Assembly (NCBI GenBank): GCA_964565315.1
Contig: CAZMEO010000001.1
Coordinates: forward strand, 1-45,743
DNA length: 45,743 bases
Direction: 5' to 3'
Source: an uncultured Candidatus Moduliflexus sp.
Lineage (GTDB): Bacteria; Moduliflexota; Moduliflexia; Moduliflexales; Moduliflexaceae
Below are positions 10,457-20,233 of this stretch, piece after piece (the stretch's first letter is position 1; each line of letters opens with the position of its first letter). The notes under the pieces were generated by a model. The model worked only from the letters and a program-made list of their open reading frames with translations. It was not told where the DNA came from and made no database searches. A program made the position numbers and the translations under genes.

Positions 10457-10942
10457 TTAAAACTCGACTTCTAAACGTGCCAATGAAATGCTTTCATAGG
10501 GAATGATGATTTCTTCTTGCGTCTCTTCAAGCAGAAGGCGCACTTCCGCAGACGAGCCATCCTCCTTTTCTTGCACTTCTTGCAGGCGTCCTAAAAAATT
10601 TTTTTGTCCTTGGATCGCTTGATACGTTTTAATTTTTACGAGGCGATTCTGAAACCGCACAAAATCTTGCAAACGTTTCAGCGGTCGATCCAATCCCGGT
10701 GAAGACACTTCAAAGACATATTGCGATTGAATCAGATTCTCCACATCAAGCACCACATCACATTCCTGACTGACTTGCTGACAATCGTCAATTGTCACGC
10801 CTCCTGGTTTATCAATAAAAATTCGCAACACAGGGGTTTTTCCTTCACGATGAAATTCCACATCAACGAGTTCAAGCTGTTGTGCTTCGATGATTGGCGC
10901 AATCAGCGCTTTTATGCGTTCAACGATTGACTGTCCAGACAT
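10457..10942 (-). CDS. rimP: Ribosome maturation factor RimP
   Basis: RimP-like translation (LELVDVEF.REGK..VLRIFIDKPGGVTIDDC...FEVSSPGLDRPL) directly upstream of nusA. ATG 10942 is preferred over GTG 10954. Confidence 0.88.
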   Translation of the reverse strand: MSGQSIVERIKALIAPIIEAQQLELVDVEFHREGKTPVLRIFIDKPGGVTIDDCQQVSQECDVVLDVENLIQSQYVFEVSSPGLDRPLKRLQDFVRFQNRLVKIKTYQAIQGQKNFLGRLQEVQEKEDGSSAEVRLLLEETQEEIIIPYESISLARLEVEF

Positions 10943-11013
10943 ACATCTCTCCACGTTGCGAGAACAAACAGAACGTCTATTGCCTCATCGTGTCTGCCCT
11001 CAAAATCCGCCAT

Positions 11014-11045
11014 GACAAAACAAAAAAGTGGGCAATTGCCCACTC
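11014..11045 (-). terminator. Strong intrinsic terminator / possible attenuator upstream of rimP
   Basis: A perfect palindrome aGTGGGCAATTGCCCACt (11027-11044) is followed on the minus strand by UUUUUUGUUUUG. Confidence 0.6.
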
Positions 11046-11292
11046 CTGATGTCTTCCTTCAAATAGAATGTCTTTCTTCTGATTTCGGAAAATTCACGAC
11101 ATATCAGCATCTCACCGATATGATGCGCATTTCAGAAGCCTCCTCCTTCATAAGAAACCTGATTGGGGTTTTTTATTCTCTCAGATGCAAGCCCTCTAAA
11201 AAATCAGGAGAGAATTGGCAAGGAAAAAAAACGACTATTTTCTTCTGCGCAAAGATTTTCGGCCATCTCTCCCATCGAACCTCTTTCCCAAC

Positions 11293-11895
11293 TTACAAGA
11301 ATCGAAACATCACGCTGACATCAACGATTTGATAGCTTTCATCGCCAAACACAAGGTGTACCAGGCTCTCCAGCCCTATCGAATAGGTTTTATTGCTAAA
11401 AAGCTCTACACCGCCGCCGCCATTTACGCCCAATGCCCATCCTTCTTGCACATCGGAAACCGGCAAGCCACTGGCACTCACCTTTACCTGTTCATCTTCA
11501 TAGCTGTAAATGCCTGCGTTCGCGGTTAAAAAAGGCGTGATGTTTTTTCTGGTAAGGCGGTATATCCCTCCGCCGGTCAGATACCAACTGGTAAACAACA
11601 CGTCCACATCCGTTCTCAGCGGCTCATCACCGGCAGTGACCGTATCTTCGAACCGCCAATAGCCGCCCGTCAGTTTTAAGCCGATTTCATGGATATATGG
11701 CGCATATTCGACAAAGGCCCGCCCCGCGAAGCCTGTTGACAGATACCCATCAAGACACCATGCCGTCCCGATATTAAATCCAACGGAGGCTCCAGGCTCT
11801 CGCTCTTGCGCGATTCCAACGCTCGCTCCGAACATAACGACTATGGCCGCCACAACAACCTTGAATACTCCCTTCCCCACAATGTTCTTTTTCAT
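11293..11895 (-). CDS. Outer-membrane beta-barrel protein (OmpW/porin-like family)
   Basis: ATG 11895 has an AAGGAG SD. The signal peptide is MKKNIVGKGVFKVVVAAIVVMFGASVGIAQE. Alternating aromatic/Gly-rich beta-strand pattern, ending in ...MFRFL. The listed longer ORF (to 11985) runs into rnpB. Confidence 0.7.
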   Translation of the reverse strand: MKKNIVGKGVFKVVVAAIVVMFGASVGIAQEREPGASVGFNIGTAWCLDGYLSTGFAGRAFVEYAPYIHEIGLKLTGGYWRFEDTVTAGDEPLRTDVDVLFTSWYLTGGGIYRLTRKNITPFLTANAGIYSYEDEQVKVSASGLPVSDVQEGWALGVNGGGGVELFSNKTYSIGLESLVHLVFGDESYQIVDVSVMFRFL

Positions 11896-11928
11896 GATGC
11901 GCGATCTCCTTTGGTTACGTGATAAGAC

Positions 11929-12301
11929 GTGCTGAAGCAAACCTGTAAGCCGAGTTCTGTCTTCCGTCGCCGGAATGATAATCATTCATCTGGAATGCCT
12001 GTTGCCAGGCATCCTCGAGCGATCAACCCGAAAACATCGAGCGGGCAGCTCTCAAACGTTTTCCTATTCGATCTTGCTCCGGGTGAGGTTTACCCTGCCA
12101 ATTCTGTTGCCAGAATCGCGGTGGGCTCTTACCCCGCCTTTTCACCATTACCTGTGCCTTTCCAGGCCATCGGCTGTGTGTTTTCTGTGGCACTGTCTGT
12201 CGGATCACTCCGCCTGGGTGTTACCCAGCACCCTGCCCTTCGGAGCTCGGACTTTCCTCTCACAGTGTTCCTGTCAGCGATTATCCAGTCTCCTTCAGCA
12301 C
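11929..12301 (-). ncRNA. rnpB: RNase P RNA, bacterial type A
   Basis: The reverse complement contains GAGGAAAGUCCGAGCUCC, ACAGAAAACA, GGUAAGAGC, AGAUGAAUGA and ACAGAACUCGGCUUA in the canonical order and spacing. It is closed by a 9-bp P1 helix (GUGCUGAAG...CUUCAGCAC). At 373 nt it is collinear with E. coli M1 RNA as I recall it. Confidence 0.9.
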
Positions 12302-12310
12302 ATTTTCCAA

Positions 12311-12340
12311 AGGATAACCATCCTTTTAAGGATTTGTCAA
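12311..12340 (-). promoter_or_regulatory. Candidate promoter of rnpB
   Basis: The minus strand reads TTGACA-18 nt-TATCCT, ending 9 nt before the predicted 5' end of the RNA. Confidence 0.35.
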
Positions 12341-12388
12341 GAGAAAAGCCAAAAAATCGGGAAGTTTTAGTTTTCAGGCACTTTCCTG

Positions 12389-12418
12389 TTGACATTCTTA
12401 TTTGGCTGCAATTATCAT
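12389..12418 (+). promoter_or_regulatory. Candidate promoter of the exosortase gene
   Basis: TTGACA (12389-12394), 18-nt spacer, then TATCAT (12413-12418). A TAGAAT also lies at 12420-12425. Confidence 0.3.
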
Positions 12419-12482
12419 GTAGAATGGCTTGTTGCAAAGGGAAATATGCGTTATTTCAAACAAGATAGGGAGTCTTCATCAG

Positions 12483-13442
12483 GTGCGTTTCCGTGCCACG
12501 CAGGTTCATCCGCACCCTGAGAAGAAAGGAATCGTGCAGCGTGAACTCCAATATAATAATCACAGAAACCTTCTTCAATTAGCAATCATCAGCATCACGA
12601 TCATCGCGCTCTATTTCCCGACATTTCACATGTTTATTTATGATTGGAGCCATGACGATAATTATTCTCATGGCTTTCTCGTCCCCATTATTGTCGGGTA
12701 TCTGGTCTGGACGAAAAAAGATCGACTCCGCGCCCTTTCCCCAAGCCCTTCGCTCTGGGGAGTACCGGTTCTTGTTCTGGGATTGAGTCTGTATCTTGTC
12801 GGCACAATCGGAGCAGAATGGTTTCTTAAGCGGGCATCTCTCGTGATTGTTTTAGGCGGAGTTCTTCTCTATCTTTATGGCAAAGCCTATTTCAGGCTCT
12901 TGCTCTTTCCGTTAGTTTTTCTGATGTTTATGGTGCCGCTCCCGGCCATCATTTATTCGGCGTTAGCCTTTAAGCTCCAACTGTTTGTGTCCATTATTTC
13001 GACAAAGCTGATTGCGTTGGTTGGCGTGCCTGTGTTTCGAGAAGGAAATATTCTCTACGTTTCTACCGGCCCATTAGCGGTAGAAGAAGCGTGCAGCGGC
13101 ATGCGTTCGATCATGGCGCTTTTAGCGTTAAGCGCGCTGTTCGCGTATTTGATGCATGACTCGCGATTCAAGCAAGGAGTTCTCGTGGCAAGCGCGTTGC
13201 CCATTGCGGTGATTACCAACATCATCCGCGTGACGATCACGGGCATTGCCGCGCATTATTGGGGAAAAGCCTTTGCAGAAGGGATTCTGCATGAGTCGTT
13301 CGGCTGGCTTGTGTTCGTGATTGCGTTTATTCTACTCTTCCTCTTAGGAAAGCTGTTGGACGCAATTTTCCCTGTTTCCAAACCAGTTGCTCAACGACTT
13401 GCCGCGCCCGCTGCATCAGAAACAAGCCAGCGAGATCGGTAA
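12483..13442 (+). CDS. Exosortase (EpsH/Xrt family) polytopic membrane transpeptidase
   Basis: Multi-TM protein with the exosortase catalytic signature: EEACSGMRS (Cys), NIIRVTITG (Arg), a later His (ILHESFGW), and the N-terminal DDNYSHGFLVP motif. The start is uncertain. GTG 12483 has AGGGAG upstream; TTG 12429 and GTG 12534 are alternatives. Confidence 0.85.
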   Translation: MRFRATQVHPHPEKKGIVQRELQYNNHRNLLQLAIISITIIALYFPTFHMFIYDWSHDDNYSHGFLVPIIVGYLVWTKKDRLRALSPSPSLWGVPVLVLGLSLYLVGTIGAEWFLKRASLVIVLGGVLLYLYGKAYFRLLLFPLVFLMFMVPLPAIIYSALAFKLQLFVSIISTKLIALVGVPVFREGNILYVSTGPLAVEEACSGMRSIMALLALSALFAYLMHDSRFKQGVLVASALPIAVITNIIRVTITGIAAHYWGKAFAEGILHESFGWLVFVIAFILLFLLGKLLDAIFPVSKPVAQRLAAPAASETSQRDR

Positions 13443-13461
13443 CAACCGGTTACACATAAAA

Positions 13462-13506
13462 AAACGAGATGCCAGAATATTATATTCTTTATTGGTCATC
13501 TCGTTT
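13462..13506. terminator. Bidirectional terminator between the exosortase gene and rplQ
   Basis: A 10-bp stem aaacgagatg/catctcgttt with an internally paired loop, flanked by an A7 run upstream and a T-rich run downstream. On the minus strand it is followed by UUUUUUU. Confidence 0.65.
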
Positions 13507-13530
13507 ATATTTCAATCAGAAAGGCGCTCT

Positions 13531-13893
13531 TTACTTCTGAAGGTCAACTAACTCAATAATCGCCATCGGCGCCCCATCCCCCTGACGTTGTCCGATTTTG
13601 ATAATGCGGGTATAGCCACCATTGCGGTTCGCCGTTTGGGCGGCAATGGTATCAAATAACTTATGGACAACATCTTTGCTTTGCACAAACGCTAACGCCT
13701 GTCTGCGGGCATGTAAATCGCCACGTTTCCCAAGCGTAATCATCTTTTCCGCAAATCCCTGCATGGCTTTCGCTTTCGGCAATGTCGTCGTAATACGTCC
13801 GTAACGAAGCAACTCCGTTACCAAATTTCTAAACAATGCCCTTCGATGGCTATAGCGTCTCCCTAACTTTTTTCCAGCTACTCTATGGCGCAT
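13531..13893 (-). CDS. rplQ: 50S ribosomal protein L17
   Basis: [24 protein letters not shown]... is canonical L17, located after rpoA. Confidence 0.97.
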   Translation of the reverse strand: MRHRVAGKKLGRRYSHRRALFRNLVTELLRYGRITTTLPKAKAMQGFAEKMITLGKRGDLHARRQALAFVQSKDVVHKLFDTIAAQTANRNGGYTRIIKIGQRQGDGAPMAIIELVDLQK

Positions 13894-13900
13894 GATGGTC

Positions 13901-14926
13901 TCAATCCTCTTCTTCTTGTTCTTTCGGTTGTGGCGGGAAGTTCTCTAATTTCATGCCTAAAGAAAGTCCCATTTCCGTCAAGATGGCTTTAATCTCGTTC
14001 AACGACTTTTTCCCAAAGTTTCGAGTCTTCAACATTTCGGCATCTGTCTTTTGTACTAATTCGCCAATCGTTCGAATATCCGCATTTTTTAAACAATTAT
14101 TGGAACGAACAGACAATTCCAATTCATCAACACTTCGGAAGAGATGTTCATTGATCGAGTCTTCTTCTTCTACTTCAGAAATCTCTTCTTCCGGTTCTTC
14201 CTCAAATGTGATCATCCCGACTAAGTGTTGAGCTAAAATTTTCGCACTTTGGCCGATAGCTTCTGCCGGAGACATGCTGCCATCAGTCCACACTTCCAAT
14301 GTTAATTTATCAAAATCAATGCGCCGTCCAATTCGGGTCGGTTCAACAAAAAACGACACTTCCGTGACCGGACTGAACATTGCATCAAGACAAATCATGC
14401 TATCATCCTGGCCATTTCGTTGGCGAAACAGGTTAGCAGGCACATATCCTCTCCCACTCTCAAAACGTAATTCTGCATGAAATGCGCTTTTAGGCTTGAG
14501 AGAGAACAGCGGAAGTTCGGGATTCAGCATTTTTAGTTTTGCATGGTCAATTTGAATATCCGACGCTTTCACAACCAATTCATGATCCTTTGAATTTTTT
14601 ACATCTAACAGGAATAAAACTGGTTGTTCGAAGGCTTCACTGTCCAATATCTTATATCGCAACGATTTGATATTCAACAGCACATTCATCGTATCTTCAA
14701 CAACTCCAGGAGTTGGAGAAAATTCGTCATGAACGCCTGAAATTTTGATTCCGGTAACAGCGACTCCTCGTAAGGAGGAAAGCAATACGCGGCGAAGAGA
14801 ATGCCCTACAGTTGTCCCAAAACCTCGTTCAAAGGGTTCGGCAAAGAACTTACCGTAGGAGTTTGTCACACTCCCCCGATCACATTCTAAATGTTTAGCT
14901 TTCTGAATTCCCTTCCAATGTTGCAT
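13901..14926 (-). CDS. rpoA: DNA-directed RNA polymerase alpha subunit
   Basis: 341 aa with NTD motifs ([18 protein letters not shown]) and a CTD ([23 protein letters not shown]). Confidence 0.97.
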   Translation of the reverse strand: MQHWKGIQKAKHLECDRGSVTNSYGKFFAEPFERGFGTTVGHSLRRVLLSSLRGVAVTGIKISGVHDEFSPTPGVVEDTMNVLLNIKSLRYKILDSEAFEQPVLFLLDVKNSKDHELVVKASDIQIDHAKLKMLNPELPLFSLKPKSAFHAELRFESGRGYVPANLFRQRNGQDDSMICLDAMFSPVTEVSFFVEPTRIGRRIDFDKLTLEVWTDGSMSPAEAIGQSAKILAQHLVGMITFEEEPEEEISEVEEEDSINEHLFRSVDELELSVRSNNCLKNADIRTIGELVQKTDAEMLKTRNFGKKSLNEIKAILTEMGLSLGMKLENFPPQPKEQEEED

Positions 14927-15092
14927 GGAACAACGTCACGTCCTTGTTTAGGTTAATTTTTCGTTTCTGAATAGTCGCCGACGCAAAAAGTAAGTATCAC
15001 ACACTCTCTGCGACAACATTCCAGAAACAGAAGAGCGATTTGGGGAAGGGATCAAAAAAATACATCCCCCCTTACCCCGCATCAGTTCTGTG

Positions 15093-15719
15093 CTATTTCG
15101 AGTACAACTCGACAATGAGTTGTTCCTGAATTTCTTCAGTAATGTCCGCACGTTTCGGAAAATCGAGCACTGTCGCAGAAAAATGATCGCGGTCTAATGA
15201 AAGCCACGCAGGAACCCCTCGCCGCTCGCTTGATTTAAGGGATTCTTGAATTCGTTTCATTTGACGGCTTTTTTCCTCAATCTCGATCTTTTGATTTTTG
15301 CGCACTAAATATGAAGGAATATCTACTCGTTTTCCATTCACCAGGACATGCCCATGCCGAACAACTTGACGAGCTTCGGTACGTGAGGAACAGAACCCCA
15401 AGCGATAAATCACATTATCCAACCGGCGTTCCAATAAAAACAATAAATTTTCGCCAGTGATACCGCGCTGCCGTTCAGCTTTTTCAAAATATCCACTAAA
15501 CTGAGCTTCTAATAAGCCATACATTCGTTTGACTTTTTGTTTTTCACGGAGCTGCGTTCCATAATCAGAACGTTTTGTCCGTCGCTGTCCATGTTGGCCA
15601 GGAGCATAATTTCTCCGCTCAATTGCGCATTTATCAGTATGACAGCGATCACCTTTCAAATATAATTTGACACCTTCGACTCGACAGAGCCGGCATACAG
15701 GACCAATATATCGTGCCAA
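15093..15719 (-). CDS. rpsD: 30S ribosomal protein S4
   Basis: (M)[25 protein letters not shown]... TTG start at 15719 with a GGAGGA SD 8 nt upstream. The listed longer ORF adds 20 non-homologous residues. Confidence 0.95.
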   Translation of the reverse strand: MARYIGPVCRLCRVEGVKLYLKGDRCHTDKCAIERRNYAPGQHGQRRTKRSDYGTQLREKQKVKRMYGLLEAQFSGYFEKAERQRGITGENLLFLLERRLDNVIYRLGFCSSRTEARQVVRHGHVLVNGKRVDIPSYLVRKNQKIEIEEKSRQMKRIQESLKSSERRGVPAWLSLDRDHFSATVLDFPKRADITEEIQEQLIVELYSK

Positions 15720-15804
15720 TGAACCTTCCTCCTCTTCATAACCAGTCACATCTGTGACAGAATACGTAGATTTCTGCAAGCCTCACTATGAGTTTACAGT
15801 ACAA

Positions 15805-16224
15805 TTAGACACGTCTGCGTTTCGGCGGGCGGCATCCATTATGAGGAATCGGCGTCACATCTTTGATCGCCTTCACCTCTAAGCCGACTGCCTGTAATGC
15901 ACGAATCGCGGCTTCACGCCCTGCGCCGGGGCCTTTGACATACACTTCGATCTGTCGCATTCCCATATCCAGCGCTTTCTTTCCGCAATCGCGCGCTGCC
16001 ATTTGAGCAGCAAACGGAGTATTTTTGCGAGACCCTTTATATCCAATGCTGCCCGCACTTGACCAGGAGATCGTATTGCCCTGCATGTCCGAGATGGTAA
16101 TAATCGTATTATTAAACGTGCTCTGGACATGGGCAACTCCTCTATCAATGTTGCCAAAATCTCTCCGCTTTTTCTTCGTTGCTGTTGTTGCTGCTGCTGT
16201 ACCTTTTTTTTGCGTTTTTGCCAT
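15805..16224 (-). CDS. rpsK: 30S ribosomal protein S11
   Basis: [30 protein letters not shown]...[19 protein letters not shown]. Confidence 0.97.
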   Translation of the reverse strand: MAKTQKKGTAAATTATKKKRRDFGNIDRGVAHVQSTFNNTIITISDMQGNTISWSSAGSIGYKGSRKNTPFAAQMAARDCGKKALDMGMRQIEVYVKGPGAGREAAIRALQAVGLEVKAIKDVTPIPHNGCRPPKRRRV

Positions 16225-16309
16225 GTTTTACGTGTTCCAGAAGAATGCATAGGGCGGAAGTTGTCGGTAACGCGACCCCTTTCATCCTGCAACTCTACAT
16301 GTTAATGGA

Positions 16310-16699
16310 CTATTTTTTCTTTGCCGCTTTTGCTTTTGATGCAACCGCACGTCTTGGGCCTTTCCGCGTACGTGCATTTGTTCGCGTCCGCTGACCGCGA
16401 ACCGGCAAACCTCGGCGATGCCGCAGCCCCCGATAACACCCAATATCCATGAGACGCTTAATATTCATCGCGACTTCGCGTCGCAAATCCCCTTCTACTT
16501 GAAATTCACCGCTATCAACGATGATCTTACGAAGCAGATTGACCTCTTCTTCCGTCAAATCTTGAACGCGCTTGTCAGGATGAATTTCTGCTCGCGCTAA
16601 AATCTTCTTTGACGTTGAACGTCCAATCCCTAAAATATAGGTCAACCCAATTTCGACCCGTTTATTTTTTGGCAAATCTACACCTGCGATTCTAGCCAA
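16310..16699 (-). CDS. rpsM: 30S ribosomal protein S13
   Basis: [26 protein letters not shown]... Confidence 0.97.
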   Translation of the reverse strand: MARIAGVDLPKNKRVEIGLTYILGIGRSTSKKILARAEIHPDKRVQDLTEEEVNLLRKIIVDSGEFQVEGDLRREVAMNIKRLMDIGCYRGLRHRRGLPVRGQRTRTNARTRKGPRRAVASKAKAAKKK

Positions 16700-16772
16700 G
16701 GGACACCCTCCATGTTAAAATTTCGACAGACTCCGCAGGAAGTGATAACGCGCTCATCGTTGTTATCTCTTC

Positions 16773-16886
16773 TTATCCCTGCCGTTGTTTATGACGAGGA
16801 TTTTCACAAATCACGCGAATGATCCCCTTTCGTTTGATAATTCGACATTTGTCACAAATTTTTTTGACTGAAGATCGTACTTTCAT
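16773..16886 (-). CDS. rpmJ: 50S ribosomal protein L36
   Basis: Not in the ORF track because it is under 60 aa. Hand translation gives [37 protein letters not shown], 37 aa, between infA and rpsM. Confidence 0.95.
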   Translation of the reverse strand: MKVRSSVKKICDKCRIIKRKGIIRVICENPRHKQRQG

Positions 16887-16932
16887 AAGAACACCTGAGT
16901 ATTATTCAAATACAAGAACCCTCGTGATTCTT

Positions 16933-17151
16933 TCATTTGTACCGATAGGTAATCCGTCCTCTCGAAAGATCATAGGGCGATAGTTCAACAGTCACTTTAT
17001 CTCCTGGCAAAATTCGAATAAAATGTTTTCTCATCTTGCCAGAGATATGCGCCAATACCTTATGTCCATTTTCGAGTTCAACCCTAAACATCGCATTGGG
17101 CAATGGTTCCATGACCGTTCCTTCTACTTGAATAACATCTTCTTTCGCCAT
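16933..17151 (-). CDS. infA: Translation initiation factor IF-1
   Basis: [53 protein letters not shown]..., starting at ATG 17151. Confidence 0.96.
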   Translation of the reverse strand: MAKEDVIQVEGTVMEPLPNAMFRVELENGHKVLAHISGKMRKHFIRILPGDKVTVELSPYDLSRGRITYRYK

Positions 17152-17215
17152 AGTAAATGTAGGTAATGTCAAGCCTTGTCATGAGGTTGATCGTAACCTC
17201 TTTATTGACACTGAC

Positions 17216-18523
17216 TTAGCGTCTGCCTCGCAATTTCCCTTTCTTCATAAACCCATCGTAATGCCGCGTCAACAGATGCGACTCAATCTGCTGCATCGTA
17301 TCCAATGCCACCCCCACAACAATTAACAATCCCGTTCCACCAAAATAGAAAGGAACTTTGAGAGACTTAATCAAAAATTCAGGAAGAATGGCAATGATTG
17401 CCAGGAAAATCGCGCCTGATAACGTAATCCGAGTTAGTACCGAATCGATATACGCAGCCGTACGTTTTCCTGGACGTACGCCAGGAATATAGCCACCATA
17501 TTTTTTCATGTTCTCTGCCAAATCCGTCGGATTAAATACGATTGCAGTATAAAAATAGGCAAAGAAAATGATGAGCATCGCATATAAAGCCGTGTACAAC
17601 ATGTGTCCTGGAGATAATTGTTCGGCCACAGCCTGCATCCAAGGATGTTCGACAAACCGGGCTACTGTTGCGGGAAAAACAATAATAGACGATGCAAAAA
17701 TAACTGGAATCACACCGGCTGTATTGACTCGCAACGGGATATGCGTACTCTGCCCACCATAGGTACGGCGTCCGACAACACGTTTTGCGTATTGTACCGG
17801 AATCTTTCGCATGCCTTGCTGCATGAGAATAACTGCTGCCACCACAACTACCATGACAATCAGGATACCAATCAACGTAAACAACGAAAAATCGCCACGT
17901 TGAATTGCCTGAATTGTTCCAGCAACACCAGCGGGGAGACGCACAACGATTCCAGCGAAGATGATCATCGAAATACCGTTTCCGATGCCACGCTCAGTCA
18001 TCTGCTCTCCTAACCACATAATGAATGCCGTACCTGCGGTAAGGGTTATTAAGGTAATCAGGCGAAATCCCCACCCAGGAACTGGCACAACCGGAGCGCC
18101 ACCCGGTCCTTGCATTTTTTCAAGACCGAACGCGATGCCTAACGCTTGAACTGCACTCAGCACAACCGTGCCATAGCGCGTATACTGCGTAATCTTTTTC
18201 CGTCCTTGTTCGCCTTCTTTCGCCAAACGTTCAAGGTAAGGGACGACGACAGTGAGTAACTGCAAGATAATCGACGCGCTGATATAGGGCATGATTCCCA
18301 ACGCAAAGACCGTTAACCGTTTCAATGCGCCGCCGGTAAACATATCCACCATTCCCAGCACTGTCCCTTGTGCGGACTCAAATATCTCGGTCAAGACTTG
18401 AGCATCAACTCCAGGCGTAGGGATATGCGCTCCAAAACGATACACTGCCAGCAATCCCAACGTAATCAGAATTCGCTTTTTTAGCTCTGGAATTTTAAAT
18501 ATATTTTGAAATACCTGAAGCAA
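17216..18523 (-). CDS. secY: Preprotein translocase subunit SecY
   Basis: 435 aa, 10-TM pattern, N-terminus FQNIFKIPELKKRILITLGLLAVYRFG. TTG start with a G-rich SD. Confidence 0.96.
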   Translation of the reverse strand: MLQVFQNIFKIPELKKRILITLGLLAVYRFGAHIPTPGVDAQVLTEIFESAQGTVLGMVDMFTGGALKRLTVFALGIMPYISASIILQLLTVVVPYLERLAKEGEQGRKKITQYTRYGTVVLSAVQALGIAFGLEKMQGPGGAPVVPVPGWGFRLITLITLTAGTAFIMWLGEQMTERGIGNGISMIIFAGIVVRLPAGVAGTIQAIQRGDFSLFTLIGILIVMVVVVAAVILMQQGMRKIPVQYAKRVVGRRTYGGQSTHIPLRVNTAGVIPVIFASSIIVFPATVARFVEHPWMQAVAEQLSPGHMLYTALYAMLIIFFAYFYTAIVFNPTDLAENMKKYGGYIPGVRPGKRTAAYIDSVLTRITLSGAIFLAIIAILPEFLIKSLKVPFYFGGTGLLIVVGVALDTMQQIESHLLTRHYDGFMKKGKLRGRR

Positions 18524-18572
18524 TGTTTATGCCCTCACTTCCCTCATAGATTGATGAAACAACAATACGAGC

Positions 18573-19022
18573 TTACTGCTTCACCACGGTGACAGTCCCA
18601 CCTACCGCTTGAATTTTTTCCGCAGCGCTCTGACTGAACGCATGCGCCTGAACATGAAATGGCTTTGTTACCTCACCCTGTCCAAGAACTTTTATTAGCC
18701 CGCTGGTCGAATGAATCAACCCGGCTTCTTTTAACTGTTCAAGGGTCACTTGCGCTCCTGATTCAAACTTGGCTTCCAGGGCTTTCAGGTTCACAAGTTC
18801 ATATTCTTTCTTGAAAATGCTCCGAAACCCCCGTTTGGGTAAACGGCGCTGCAATGGCATCTGCCCACCTTCAAACCAGGGAGGCACCCCTCCGCCAGAC
18901 CGCGCATTCTGACCTTTATGTCCTTTACCGCTTGTTTTGCCAAGGCCAGAACCAGGGCCTCTTCCCAAACGTTTTCTTTTCGATTTTGAGCCTTCAGCAT
19001 ATTTTAACTCATGTAATTTCAT
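18573..19022 (-). CDS. rplO: 50S ribosomal protein L15
   Basis: [38 protein letters not shown]... Confidence 0.96.
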   Translation of the reverse strand: MKLHELKYAEGSKSKRKRLGRGPGSGLGKTSGKGHKGQNARSGGGVPPWFEGGQMPLQRRLPKRGFRSIFKKEYELVNLKALEAKFESGAQVTLEQLKEAGLIHSTSGLIKVLGQGEVTKPFHVQAHAFSQSAAEKIQAVGGTVTVVKQ

Positions 19023-19072
19023 AGTACACTCACAACCTGAAATATCCGATGTTCGTTCTCCAGCGTCACCAC

Positions 19073-19264
19073 TTACGACGCCTGTTCAATCTCAGAGACT
19101 TCAACCAAATGTTTCACCTTAAAAATCATGCCTCGAATTTCAGGCGTATCCTTCCGCACCACAGAACGGTGCATTTTTCTCAATCCTAAACCGATCGCGA
19201 CTTTTCGAACTTTTTCAGGCGAACCAATAAGGCTTTTCACTAATGTAATTTGTAATGCCCGCAT
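19073..19264 (-). CDS. rpmD: 50S ribosomal protein L30
   Basis: [33 protein letters not shown]..., between rpsE and rplO. Confidence 0.93.
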   Translation of the reverse strand: MRALQITLVKSLIGSPEKVRKVAIGLGLRKMHRSVVRKDTPEIRGMIFKVKHLVEVSEIEQAS

Positions 19265-19282
19265 AATTCCTCCGCTTTCCTC

Positions 19283-19798
19283 TCAGGACAGCATCCGCTG
19301 CTCAATTTCCTCTAAAGATAATCCACGCTGCTTTGCGACCATTGTAGGGTCTTTCAAACTTTTCAGCCCCTCTATCGTCGCCTTAATCATGTTATGAGGA
19401 TTGTTTGAGCCGATACATTTCGTTAAAATATCCTGGACGCCAACGACTTCTAAAATCGCACGCACAGGGCCTCCTGCAATAACGCCAGTACCAGCCGCAG
19501 CAGGTTTCAACAACACACAACCCGCACCATATTTCCCGGTTATTTGATGAGGAATTGTCGCATTGCGCAATGGAACGGTAATAAGATTTTTCTTAGCTTG
19601 ATCAACCGCTTTTCGAATGGCTTCGGGAACTTCTTTCGCTTTGCCTAATCCATAGCCGACCCGGCCATGTCCATCGCCGACGACGACAAGCGCGCTGAAG
19701 CTAAAACGCCGGCCACCTTTCACAACTTTTGCGACCCGGCTGATATGCACAACCTTATCAGTCAAATCTAATTCTCTGGAATCTATCCTGTTAGACAA
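19283..19798 (-). CDS. rpsE: 30S ribosomal protein S5
   Basis: [49 protein letters not shown]... Confidence 0.97.
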   Translation of the reverse strand: MSNRIDSRELDLTDKVVHISRVAKVVKGGRRFSFSALVVVGDGHGRVGYGLGKAKEVPEAIRKAVDQAKKNLITVPLRNATIPHQITGKYGAGCVLLKPAAAGTGVIAGGPVRAILEVVGVQDILTKCIGSNNPHNMIKATIEGLKSLKDPTMVAKQRGLSLEEIEQRMLS

Positions 19799-19828
19799 GG
19801 GAATCCTCCTTTTTATCGTGATGGCACA

Positions 19829-20197
19829 TCAGACTTGCACGCCATTTTCTCGAACTTGTTGGGCTAATGCCGCGACTCTTCCATGATATTTATACCCGCC
19901 GCGATCAAAGACAACTTTCGTGATATTCTGCGCCAACGCTTTTTGAGCGAGTAATTTGCCAATCTCTTTTGCAGCAGCAACATTCCCACCATACGAATTT
20001 GTCGCACGGAATTCAGGGCCTAATGATGACACCGTCAATAATGTATGTCCTTTTTCGTCATCAATCAGTTGCGCATAAATATGTTTTAAACTGCGATAGA
20101 CGCATAAACGAGGACGTTCAGCCGTCCCGGACACTTTTTTCCTGATACGTTTATGTCTTCGGATGCGAGGATTTTCTCGGCGAATTTTTGTTTCCAT
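19829..20197 (-). CDS. rplR: 50S ribosomal protein L18
   Basis: [35 protein letters not shown]...[16 protein letters not shown]. Confidence 0.97.
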   Translation of the reverse strand: METKIRRENPRIRRHKRIRKKVSGTAERPRLCVYRSLKHIYAQLIDDEKGHTLLTVSSLGPEFRATNSYGGNVAAAKEIGKLLAQKALAQNITKVVFDRGGYKYHGRVAALAQQVRENGVQV

Positions 20198-20233
20198 AAT
20201 TCAATCAGTCGGAAAATATACGCAAGCGCACAT

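Noticed and set aside
11012-11332. 106-aa plus-strand ORF in the rimP-OMP intergenic region.
   Set aside because: It has no SD, reads through the palindromic terminator and into the OMP gene on the opposite strand, and its composition is not protein-like.
11929-12468. ORFs 11929..12468+, 11975..12370+, 12023..12208- and 12129..12437-.
   Set aside because: They overlap the RNase P RNA gene and its promoter. The conserved rnpB blocks explain the sequence.
14927-15092. 166-nt rpsD-rpoA spacer with ORF 14948..15151- (67 aa) and an imperfect G-rich hairpin.
   Set aside because: The ORF overlaps the rpsD 3' end and has no SD. The hairpin needs a 3-nt bulge and has no clear U-tract, so it is not supportable as a feature.
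15879-16292. 137-aa ORF with a poly-Q run overlapping rpsK.
   Set aside because: It is an alternate frame of S11. The poly-Q arises from the GCTGCT/TTGTTG run that encodes the Ala/Thr-rich N-terminus of S11.
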